Below are positions 29,301-37,689 of a stretch of 64,000 nucleotides of DNA, piece by piece. The notes beneath the pieces are model-generated. The model had not been told where the DNA came from. It worked only from the letters and a program-made list of their open reading frames with translations, and searched no databases. Within the stretch, counting starts at the first letter, position 1. Each line of letters begins with the position of its first letter. This DNA comes from Pedosphaera sp. (GTDB lineage Bacteria; Verrucomicrobiota; Verrucomicrobiia; Limisphaerales; UBA9464). The stretch spans positions 48,690 through 112,689 of the forward strand of contig SIBK01000001.1 of assembly GCA_009695205.1 (NCBI GenBank), read 5' to 3'. A program made the translations under genes and the position numbers.

Positions 29301-31224
29301 CCGGGCGAAATACCGACGACATCAGGCGATGCAATTCGAGGTGGTACTGTTCTCCGATGCCAGGGGATCGCAGGAGTTTTCCAGGAGTCCCCTGTTTATT
29401 CAATCGGTTGTAAGCGGCTCGGTATAGAGAACTGCCAGTGCCATCGATATCGGTTCCAAGAACTGAATCGAGATCATATGGAATCAACTGGAAGCGGGGA
29501 TTATTGGGGCCGTGATAGACGTAGAATTCACCGGCCTCGCCCGAGCCCAGTGATGTTTCCGTGTCCCCGAGCAGTGTGTTGACCGCAAAATAGCGCATCC
29601 ACCCGGGGATGTCGGTGATTTTGCCGACTTCGGAGGTGTAATTCGTCGCGGGAGTAAAGTTTAGCACCCGAAGCAGTTCAAACAGATCCGACCAGTCATT
29701 TTCAGTCGTATTGCTCGCCTTGGTCACCCATCCGATCGTGAGGAATTCGTTCACATTGGTGCCCAACCATTCCAGCCCCATCCCACCGCAGTCGTATAGA
29801 TTACCTCCTGGATTGTCTGGGAACTCCGCCCGAGTATAGTCGGAGTCCAGGACCTCGTTGTGGGCCAGGAGGCCCGCAACCGGGCTTTCATTTCCAGTAG
29901 GAGCCACATTGTTTTCGCGCACCTCCACGAGCCGGGAACGCGCAGCCGCCAATCCCGCCAAGCGTGCAAGAGCCGACCCGGCAACCTGCGAGTGCGGGCG
30001 GACGCCGTTGAGGTTGATTTCGATAACACCCGCCCAGGAATGATCGTCTGGAAACAGAACTCGCCGTGACTTCGGCGCGAAAAGTCGTGAGGTCGACCCG
30101 CGAAGTCTCAGTCCGGTTGTATAGCGAATATGGTATGAATTATCCTCGTAGGAGACAAACGTGGTGTTCATTTTTGCATTGCTGCTCGCAGACCATATTT
30201 GTCCATCGATCTGAGCCAGATCAGCCCGCTCGGCCGCCATCATTATAAGGCGGAATCGCGGTAGAATTCCAACGGTAGAATCATCCACTTGGTAGAGCGC
30301 ATTGGCCAGTTGAGCGTTGGCGGGTTGCGTTGGCGCCGGCCACGAGCGCGCGCGGCCGCCGATGTCGACCGCTCGGATGTAGAATTCCACGATGGCTCCG
30401 TTGGTTTGAGGAGGAAGAACGGCCCGATATATTCCCCCGGAGAGTGAGCCATCGCCCGTCGCGGGGTCGATATCCATTGGCAGTGTCGTAAAGGTCGGGG
30501 CTCCGTCCAGTCGGTACGCGACCGATACGACCGATCCCGCGATCTCATCTGCGACGCGTGCGGTGATCGTGACCGGGTTAGAGGAGCTGGGAACCGGTGG
30601 CTGATGCTGAACGTTACTGATATAAGGGGCGACTTCTGTGGCGGACACCCCATTGACGGAGCCGGGGGTGCCTCCGGCCGTGCTGCTGGTTCTCCAGTTC
30701 TGGCCGGAATTGCCATCCCGCCTGGGACTAATTCGTTCAAGGGTGTAACCGCCACCGTCGTGCAGCGCAAACCATTCCCATCCCTGAAATTCGTGGTCCA
30801 ATGGCCCACGACGTCGTTCAGCCCAGTCGCCCTGCGTGTGAAATTCAAGAGAATCCGAGACGGCCCCCTTGGAATCGACCAGAGTAAGCGTTTCACCGTG
30901 CTGCCCTAGCGACCCAATCCAGTCACCCACCACGTTTCCGACAGTGGGATGAAGTTTGGAGAAGATAGATTTGTTGGCAGCGACGAGGAGGAATTGTCCA
31001 GGTGCGACGAATACATTCGGGAAATCGTAGGTCACTCCTCGACTTATTTTCCATCCCGCTAAATTCACGGTTTTTGTTCCCGTGTTATGAAGTTCGAGGA
31101 ATTGCTCCCCACGTATCCCGGACGGAGAGTGATAATAAATTTCGCTGATCACGACATCACCCGCCAGGGTCGAGGCGGCGGTGGCAACGGTGGCGGCAAG
31201 AGCCAGCCAGAGAAAAAGGTGCAT
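26389..31224 (-). CDS. Secreted multidomain protein: lamin-tail domains, CotH kinase and right-handed beta-helix
   Basis: Signal peptide; VVISEIYYH/VRINEILA/IVINELY LTD starts; CotH-like LRG-TS and IPYDLD; beta-helix DDILDLDG; C-terminal FYRVR. Confidence 0.85.
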   Translation of the reverse strand: MHLFLWLALAATVATAASTLAGDVVISEIYYHSPSGIRGEQFLELHNTGTKTVNLAGWKISRGVTYDFPNVFVAPGQFLLVAANKSIFSKLHPTVGNVVGDWIGSLGQHGETLTLVDSKGAVSDSLEFHTQGDWAERRRGPLDHEFQGWEWFALHDGGGYTLERISPRRDGNSGQNWRTSSTAGGTPGSVNGVSATEVAPYISNVQHQPPVPSSSNPVTITARVADEIAGSVVSVAYRLDGAPTFTTLPMDIDPATGDGSLSGGIYRAVLPPQTNGAIVEFYIRAVDIGGRARSWPAPTQPANAQLANALYQVDDSTVGILPRFRLIMMAAERADLAQIDGQIWSASSNAKMNTTFVSYEDNSYHIRYTTGLRLRGSTSRLFAPKSRRVLFPDDHSWAGVIEINLNGVRPHSQVAGSALARLAGLAAARSRLVEVRENNVAPTGNESPVAGLLAHNEVLDSDYTRAEFPDNPGGNLYDCGGMGLEWLGTNVNEFLTIGWVTKASNTTENDWSDLFELLRVLNFTPATNYTSEVGKITDIPGWMRYFAVNTLLGDTETSLGSGEAGEFYVYHGPNNPRFQLIPYDLDSVLGTDIDGTGSSLYRAAYNRLNKQGTPGKLLRSPGIGEQYHLELHRLMSSVFRPDRVAAVLDQLLRPHVPAEVVNRMKVSAQKRFDFVTAQLALLQKVSVTTPSLTGGSTGSTTADTVTVEGLANPQFARAIRVNGIPADWNGFEGKWEATVPLLPGINTLAIEALDVGGQVVSRGSARMARASTAIRPVEGTLGGSTHWQPSDGAIQVTGPTVIPVGGVLTIAPGTSVSFNNKAGLEVKGQLIAEGTASNRIRFDRLGTGNWAGIKLNHTTTETRIRYADFGENRTGVIGITNSFLLLEDVNFEKITEIGTQIIWITDSSIVVRHCTFPAVAYIEPVRGENVTWPPGGQVLFEGNTFGSTVGYADIIDFSGGIRPGPIPRFIDNVFLGGSDDILDLDGTDAHIEGNLFMNCNKANSDGSEAGAISGGNHSYGGVTRNGHWVAVRNLFVDNDYDFIAKEGSFVTAINNTFVHGRHGSLAVSEPLRPGEAPPAGAILQNNIWSQYNAVIAHLDPRLLENGTIQLKVENSLFDQTVVWPGVGDFSADPAFISPPEDYHLQTGSSAAGLAPGGIDLGAFVPAGAIVTGIPEAPTTRHSILGRVYGPGLSRYRFRIDGGVLSADRLMDEPLLLTGLSTGSHSLQVFGQNSAGDWQAEPGTVSTWQIAADFGDVRINEILASNTNDAPFGVTRPDLIELYNPGNLPFALEGTSLTDDPAKPRKFVFPAGTVLPAGGYLTVFCDKLATPLGFHTGFGLDVDGESVLLYDSTPRGGAVLDRIVFGPQIPGVSLVRQDNGSWGLGQPTFGAANNRMALGNPRRIVINELYTKKDGAPVGEFVELFNQNDLPVLLNNFSLSAAPLVLRQFPLPPLTAISGRSVQAMLKQADGSRLQFESEFGAVYFSDGSGSVIDAVAWNSQTTDHSLARVPDGTGPFVNSELAPTPGALNTSTTPAPAPSPILQATLAQLTRLLVVEASPAVVGHIYLLESRGNLEPTGWTIAAQVTATTTTVQFPPQSADVIQFYRVRIIP

Positions 31225-31257
31225 AGCGGGAGTTGAGGGCGGCGGTGGGCTTTGACG

Positions 31258-34200
31258 CTAAGGAAGGAGCCGCATCTGATAAAACTGTGCCGGGGCGCCT
31301 ACGGAATTGTGCTTTAGTTCCGCGGCGCCAGACGCATCCGAAACGCCCGATTTCACCTGTAGCCATTGTCTGAGATCGGTGGATGCAAAGAGGCCGACAG
31401 CCCGATTTGAAGGGCCGTCGAAGCGAATTGTCACCGTGCCAGCGGCGAGGTTGAAATGGCCGAAGCTGGTTTTAGTGGGCACGAAGGTGGAGCCGGCCGT
31501 AACGAGGATGTTGTCGACTCGCAATTCGGGTCTCCCTCCCGAGGCGGAGTTAGGGAGCGCATAGTATTTCCAACGGAGCTGGATGACCGGTTGATTCTCT
31601 GCAGCGGCCGGCAGCGGGATCGGTCCAAAAGGTTGAGAATGGCCCGGTGTGCTGCTGGCAATGTATTCGACGGGCAACCCGTTCTGACCCAACACCGAAT
31701 TGAACGGTGTGTTGGTGCCGATCCGCCATTGCAGACGGATTGCGTACGGACGCGAGTTCGTAACCGCGGTGCCGCCTATCCAGGAAACCTGTATGTTCGT
31801 TGCCTGATCCGTTCGCAGGGCAAGGAGGGCGCTTCCGGCGTACCCTTCATCCCGGGATTGCAGATCCGAGGTGTTGAGAAAAGCGAATCCGTCCGTGCCG
31901 AGTCCAAGGATCCTGCTGCGATTTGTCAGGTCGTATCGATTCGTCCAAAATGTTTCCATGCTGGCGGCAATGTCGGGATCTTTCACGGAGGTCTGTAGGA
32001 ACCGCATGGCGGCGGGATAAGAACCGGCGGGGGAATCAGGCGCCCAGGCTGTCAACGAATAGGGACCCGTAGCCAGGGTATGCGGATGAGGGACCACTGA
32101 GTTGAAATCGAAGCCGGGATCCACAGTGAATAGCGGCGTGATGAAGGTGTCGCGGTCCATTGCGAAGACGAGTGGGTTGTTGGTTTCGTTCCGGCCCTGC
32201 CATCCCGCAAAGCGATAGCCTGCGGCGGGCGTCGCCCGGGCTTTCACCGGGGATCTCAGGAAATAGAGGCCGGACCAAGGCAGGTTTGTGGGCTGGAAGT
32301 GAAGCGTGCTGAAATGCAGAGAACTGAGGCCGGCACCGGGTGTCGCTCCCAGCGTGACTCGAACCGACCCGTCGATTGGAAGGCGCGCGGAAATCAGCGA
32401 CCGGAGTACCGCCGGCCGGTTGTTGAGGAAACTGCGAACAATGTTTACATTCGTCGTCCAGTTATTGAATGACCCAATGGTATCATAGCCAATGAAGGGA
32501 CCGGCCCAGCGTTGAATGTGAGCGGGCATGCCTGGGGCGAGGCGGGCCCAGAATTCCTCAAGTCTTGGCAAGGTGTGTTCCGGAGCGAAGGTCGTGTTGA
32601 GGAGGTCGGCGAGACGATTCACAAACAATGTACGCCACGTGTCGTTCTTGACCAAACCACGCGGAAAGGCCACGGACCGTGAGGATTGGCCCGCGACGGG
32701 GGCGTCCCCAAACACAAAGAGAAACCGATCTTGCTGGCCTGGATTATAGAGCTCGGCGGGAGTGAAGCCCGCGTCCAGATCAATCATCGCCCATCGCCAT
32801 TTTCCGCCAGGCCGGTTGTCGCGCCAGGATAAAACATTATGCCCGGGCCAGTCGCCATTGTCGGCGAACAATTCCGTGCAGAGCCAATTGTTGTAATTCT
32901 CGATGTCCATGTGGCTGGAGGCCGCAGCATATAGGGACTCATTTTGAGGGGAACCTCCGAGAGTGTCGAACATGGCGTCGACCTGATCCACGAGGGTATT
33001 GTAGTCGCCGCGGCCGCCTCCGATCACTTCAACTTCATCCTTGAGAAGACTGATATCGGATGCCGGCACGCCCGAATGTCGGGCAATATGAGAAACATCA
33101 TCGCGTTCGCGGATTTCATGAATTCCCCAATACTGGCCGTTGATATAGACATGAGCTGGGCGATATCCCTGGGTTTCGAGTCCGACTTCAGCGCCCAAGG
33201 ATTGAGCGAGTCCGTCGCGAAGCATCGCTTCAGGCCAGTCGTTGCCGCTGTTTCGGAGGATTAGAGCGTCGAATTGATCAACCGACGAGCCTGGGAAGAG
33301 GGGATACTTCAAGCTTTGGCTACCATAACGGTCCCGTAAATGGAGGCGGAGGGATTTTTGGGGGAGGTAGCGCGTATACCCTCCGTGAATTCGCAATCCG
33401 CATTCAAAATCGAAGCCCGCCACGCCGTTGGTTTCAAAAAATTCCACGTGGACGGGACGTTCCCAGTCCTGGTTCCAGTTCTCGGATCCGAAGCCGGGCT
33501 GTGCCGGAGAAGGTGAGGGTCCCGCCACATACATTCCCCACGTGGGGTCGAACAGATTGGAACTGGTGGTGGCGAGCGAAACCACAGGCAGTCCCGGGGG
33601 AGTGTTCAATAAGTACGTGGCGGTGGCAGCCCGGCTGGCGACTCGGTTTGGGAAAACGGCCCGCGCGCGGACCACCGTGCTGTTAACAAACGTCAACGCC
33701 TGGCTAAGGGTCCGGGTGGAGGAATTACCCGGTCCGGGTAGTGAACCGTCCGTGGTATATTCAATCGTGCTGCCGGGCGGAAGGTTGGTGGTGATGAAGC
33801 CGACCTTGACCTGCCCCGCATACATCCCGGGAGCCGGAGTGAAGATGGGTTTTGGAAGAACGCCTGTCGTGACTCCTCCGGAATTTGCGCCATTCGGGCT
33901 CGGAGTGGTATACCATTGCCACGAAGGGCTGCCCAGAGCGCGCCCAAACGAAACATCCGACCGAGTTTCTATAGGCGGGGTCGAGTCGGCAATCGAGCCG
34001 TTAGGCCTCGTCAGTTGCAGGATGTCACCGTTGCCTTTCAGCTTGAAGTTCGTGTGAAGATTTTGAGAGGGGAGGTGCCACTTCCTGCTGAGATAGGTCT
34101 CCATCTGCACCCGTTCCACGTCGGTCAGTTGGCGGTTAAATGCAAGGATTTCATTGATCTCCCCGTCCCAGAAGCGACCGAGAAGTAACCCAGGGCGGTC

Positions 34201-35715
34201 CGCTGCCAAATTGTCGGCACTGGTGTCGCGGGTCGTCTTTACGCTGAGCAGAACGCGTCCCGGTGGAAACGGAGTGTTGTAGGGGACAACGGATTGTCCG
34301 TTGACCCAGACGGAATGTCTAGCGTCATAGAAAATATAGTGATTGGGACCGCGCACGAAGTCCCCTCCGACGCTGCCGCCCAGGATGGGGCGGTAGTTGT
34401 CACTTGCGGTTTCCGCCTCGCGCCCAACCCAGAATATTGTTCTGAGGTGGCTTAATTCCATTCCCATGGCGTCGTTAATTCCGTCGAATAGGATGCCGGT
34501 CTGGCCGGTGAGGGGATCCATGACCGGCACGGGCTGAAATTCAGCGATAGATTGGTAGGGGTTCGCGGCAGCTGCTGGAAGGGAATTGGGAGTTCCCCAT
34601 TTCTGCTGCAGGTATTTTTCAATTCCGGCCACCTCGGAATCCGCCAGCTCACGATCGAAGCAGAGAATCTCCGCCATGTCGCCGTTCCATACTTGGTTAA
34701 TATTGCCGCCTTTTACTATAAATCGTTCCGAACTGAGGTTGTTCGCCCGCATGTTAGCCGGCGCCACCAGTGACACGAGGTTCAAGCCGGAGTCCGCGCC
34801 TGCTGGGAACGGAGTGGTCAACGGTGGGACGCGCGCGCCGTTCAGACGCCACGCGCCATTGGTTCCACCCGGACTCGATCCCCGATAATTCCCAATCAGT
34901 TCACCCAGTTTGCCCCGTGCAAAATCATAGAACTCACTGTCACCCAGGAACGGACGAAGAACACCATCCCGTTGAGCCGCCTCCCTTCCTACGAAGAACA
35001 TTGTGCGGATTGTCTCCATCCTCTGCTTGAACACGAGGTAGTCGTTCCTTCCATCAAAGCGGACCAGACCTCCCGTCCCCGTCGTGGCCGCCAGACGGAG
35101 CGGACGATTATCGTTGGTCGACTGGGAGGCATCATTGCCGAGTCCGCTCTTGTCCTTCCATACCGAGACGGCGGACTGCACAAGTGTGAAACGGGCTAAG
35201 TCAGCGGCGTCGAGCCACAAGATTTTTCCTGAAACATTTTTTGGATCGAGTACCGTGATGTTGACATTGATCGTCTCCCGAGGAGTCTTGTCTTTCCACT
35301 CCGATAGCCGACCATTTGTCAACCGAAGGGTGGAGGTTTCGGACGCATCAATCCACCAGTTCAATCCGAGCAGATTGGTCGGGCTAAACCCTGGGGGCGG
35401 AGGAGTCCCATCGGGTGGCACTCGACGATCTTTGCCATCGATGAAGACGATCAAGCGCCCGCCGGGGGCTAAATCGACAGCGGGAAAGGTCCAGCGAAAC
35501 GGATTTGCCGGATCATCGCTCAGGCCATAACCGGTCAGGGTTGCGTTGGTTGAGCTCGGGTTGTGGAGCTCGACCCAACCACGATGGTCATTGTCTTCAT
35601 CGGCGAGGACGGTGCGATCCTCCGGCAGAACTTCATCGATTCGGACTTCGGCTGCTGCAACACCTATAAAAAACAGAATAAGGGCTGGCAGAAAAGTTGT
35701 GAAAAGCAGCTTCAT
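31258..35715 (-). CDS. Secreted multidomain protein: lamin-tail, LamG-like domains, Fn3-associated domain and CotH kinase
   Basis: Signal peptide; WVELHN...LHTNFKL; YTTDGS; WERPVHVEF, LRNSGND, NGQYWG, DWPGHN and WRW-DLD CotH motifs. Confidence 0.87.
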   Translation of the reverse strand: MKLLFTTFLPALILFFIGVAAAEVRIDEVLPEDRTVLADEDNDHRGWVELHNPSSTNATLTGYGLSDDPANPFRWTFPAVDLAPGGRLIVFIDGKDRRVPPDGTPPPPGFSPTNLLGLNWWIDASETSTLRLTNGRLSEWKDKTPRETINVNITVLDPKNVSGKILWLDAADLARFTLVQSAVSVWKDKSGLGNDASQSTNDNRPLRLAATTGTGGLVRFDGRNDYLVFKQRMETIRTMFFVGREAAQRDGVLRPFLGDSEFYDFARGKLGELIGNYRGSSPGGTNGAWRLNGARVPPLTTPFPAGADSGLNLVSLVAPANMRANNLSSERFIVKGGNINQVWNGDMAEILCFDRELADSEVAGIEKYLQQKWGTPNSLPAAAANPYQSIAEFQPVPVMDPLTGQTGILFDGINDAMGMELSHLRTIFWVGREAETASDNYRPILGGSVGGDFVRGPNHYIFYDARHSVWVNGQSVVPYNTPFPPGRVLLSVKTTRDTSADNLAADRPGLLLGRFWDGEINEILAFNRQLTDVERVQMETYLSRKWHLPSQNLHTNFKLKGNGDILQLTRPNGSIADSTPPIETRSDVSFGRALGSPSWQWYTTPSPNGANSGGVTTGVLPKPIFTPAPGMYAGQVKVGFITTNLPPGSTIEYTTDGSLPGPGNSSTRTLSQALTFVNSTVVRARAVFPNRVASRAATATYLLNTPPGLPVVSLATTSSNLFDPTWGMYVAGPSPSPAQPGFGSENWNQDWERPVHVEFFETNGVAGFDFECGLRIHGGYTRYLPQKSLRLHLRDRYGSQSLKYPLFPGSSVDQFDALILRNSGNDWPEAMLRDGLAQSLGAEVGLETQGYRPAHVYINGQYWGIHEIRERDDVSHIARHSGVPASDISLLKDEVEVIGGGRGDYNTLVDQVDAMFDTLGGSPQNESLYAAASSHMDIENYNNWLCTELFADNGDWPGHNVLSWRDNRPGGKWRWAMIDLDAGFTPAELYNPGQQDRFLFVFGDAPVAGQSSRSVAFPRGLVKNDTWRTLFVNRLADLLNTTFAPEHTLPRLEEFWARLAPGMPAHIQRWAGPFIGYDTIGSFNNWTTNVNIVRSFLNNRPAVLRSLISARLPIDGSVRVTLGATPGAGLSSLHFSTLHFQPTNLPWSGLYFLRSPVKARATPAAGYRFAGWQGRNETNNPLVFAMDRDTFITPLFTVDPGFDFNSVVPHPHTLATGPYSLTAWAPDSPAGSYPAAMRFLQTSVKDPDIAASMETFWTNRYDLTNRSRILGLGTDGFAFLNTSDLQSRDEGYAGSALLALRTDQATNIQVSWIGGTAVTNSRPYAIRLQWRIGTNTPFNSVLGQNGLPVEYIASSTPGHSQPFGPIPLPAAAENQPVIQLRWKYYALPNSASGGRPELRVDNILVTAGSTFVPTKTSFGHFNLAAGTVTIRFDGPSNRAVGLFASTDLRQWLQVKSGVSDASGAAELKHNSVGAPAQFYQMRLLP

Positions 35716-35845
35716 TACAAAAAATTCACGATCATGTCATCGGGAAGGGAGCAGAAATCACGCCAGCTTCAAGGCGGATCTACCAGAGATGGATCTGCCT
35801 CAGGAGCTCAGTCCGCTGGATCAAGGTGGTACTCCGGGAGCGCGC

Positions 35846-36565
35846 TCATTTGATCCCCGCCAAACGTTCCTTCCATAGCTTGAAAAGATCCACCGTGGCT
35901 CGCACATCCCGCAGGCAGTACTCCGCGATCTTGCGATATTCACCGGCGGCCAGAAGGTCATTGACATCCATGCCGGTCACGCCGTGGCTTTTTGGCGATT
36001 CAATTCGGAACGCTTTGCAGTAGAAATCCAAGTTGAATCGGCGAGCAGCCCCATCCCGCCCGCTGACGCCGTAGAAGGTGAGCTGTTCGGCCAGATCACA
36101 ATGAGGGTCCGTTTGGTAACGGTATCCCAACCAGTCCTTCCGGCTGATGGGCACGCTGAGCAAAGCGGAGCGAAGGTAGAGGAATGGGACGTCAAATCCG
36201 CGACCATTGAACGTGCATACGTTGTCGTAGTGCTTCGCAACATCCCAAAAGGCCGTGAGCAATTCGTTTTCGTCGACGCATGGCACAAACTCAACCGGCG
36301 CATTCTCGAGGGTCTCCTCTTCAAAATCGTCAGCTTGAAACAGCACCTGTCCACGTCCGGTTTCGGCGTTGAGCATGGCGATGCAGACCACCTGGGCGGT
36401 GAACGGCCAGAGGCTGAAATGCTGCTGAATTTCCGCACGCTTCAGCGCCTTCGCCGTCTCATCAGGCTGCCGCTCCGCGTCGCGAAACAGATACTCCTGC
36501 TGGACGTCATCAAAATGCTCCAGGCCCAGGGATGAGGTTTCAATGTCGAATACGAGACGCGGCAT
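35846..36565 (-). CDS. Stand-alone DEDDy 3'-5' exonuclease (PolB-exo/RNase H-like)
   Basis: FDIET, FNGRGFD and YCLRDV exonuclease motifs. Confidence 0.85.
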   Translation of the reverse strand: MPRLVFDIETSSLGLEHFDDVQQEYLFRDAERQPDETAKALKRAEIQQHFSLWPFTAQVVCIAMLNAETGRGQVLFQADDFEEETLENAPVEFVPCVDENELLTAFWDVAKHYDNVCTFNGRGFDVPFLYLRSALLSVPISRKDWLGYRYQTDPHCDLAEQLTFYGVSGRDGAARRFNLDFYCKAFRIESPKSHGVTGMDVNDLLAAGEYRKIAEYCLRDVRATVDLFKLWKERLAGIK

Positions 36566-36825
36566 GCGGACCTTGTTCTAACCCGTGTCGCCGCATCCGG
36601 AAAGTGCAACGTTTGCCGGATTTGAAGGCAAGCATTGCCGGAACACCGCATTCCCACGTCACTTTTCGCATCCAAATGATACTTTGTCGCAGTTTTGAAT
36701 GTTTCTGAGCCGAATGTCATCACTCGCGGCTCATCGGCTATCGCAGCAGGCACCTCAATGCCGTCAGACTTGGCGTGTCATTGCAGTTGGATCCGTTGGG
36801 CAGGATACGGTAGAGTCCCCAAACA

Positions 36826-37680
36826 ATGAACTCTCCCCACCTTCTCGCACGGATCGCCATCGCTTTGTTCTCCCTTAATTGGGCGGGGCTCGCGGCGACG
36901 ACGGACGATCCAGGACTTCAGCTTGTTCGAGAGGGGCATTGGCTCACCATTCGCGGACCACGATTGCCGGGTGAGATTCGGATCAATTATCTGGAAGCGT
37001 ATTGTCGCGCAGGCTCTACCGAGGCCGATTGGGTGAAGCATACAACCATCAAGCATAAGAATGAGTTGGTGTCGATGAGCGCCGATGGGAAAGTGCTGAA
37101 ACTGAAGGATACGCTCGAAGACGGAGTCATTGTCGAACACACCATCACGGCAAAAAGGGACGAAGTTGATTTTCGACTCACCGCGCACAACCCAAGCGCC
37201 GTTCGCTCCGAGGCTCATTGGGCTCAACCCTGCGTTCGACTCAGTGCGTTCATGGGATTCGACGAAAAGACGGCAGGTAACGCCACGGATTATCTGCCGC
37301 GTTCGTTTATTTTCCTTGATGGCAAACTCACGCGCATGCCCACGCCGGATTGGGCAACCCAGGCGCGCTATATGCCTGGGCAAGTGTGGTGTCCTCAAAA
37401 CATCCCGCGCACCGATGTGAATCCACGTCCCTTGAGTCCACTCGTCCCTAGCAACGGTCTTATCGGGTGTTTCAGCGCGGACGATAAACTCGTCTACGCC
37501 ACGGCATGGGAGCCGTATCAGGAATTATTTCAAGGGGTCATCCGCTGTTTGCATAGCGACTTCCGTCTGGGCGGCCTGAAGCCCGGTGAGACCAAACAGA
37601 TCCGAGGGAAAATCTACCTCGTTCCGAATGACATCCCAGCACTGATGAAGCGCTACCAGAAGGATTTTCCGGCGCAGTGA
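36826..37680 (+). CDS. Secreted hypothetical protein
   Basis: 284-aa ORF with a signal peptide and a natural-looking beta-rich sequence. Confidence 0.75.
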   Translation: MNSPHLLARIAIALFSLNWAGLAATTDDPGLQLVREGHWLTIRGPRLPGEIRINYLEAYCRAGSTEADWVKHTTIKHKNELVSMSADGKVLKLKDTLEDGVIVEHTITAKRDEVDFRLTAHNPSAVRSEAHWAQPCVRLSAFMGFDEKTAGNATDYLPRSFIFLDGKLTRMPTPDWATQARYMPGQVWCPQNIPRTDVNPRPLSPLVPSNGLIGCFSADDKLVYATAWEPYQELFQGVIRCLHSDFRLGGLKPGETKQIRGKIYLVPNDIPALMKRYQKDFPAQ

Positions 37681-37689
37681 AGGGTAGGT

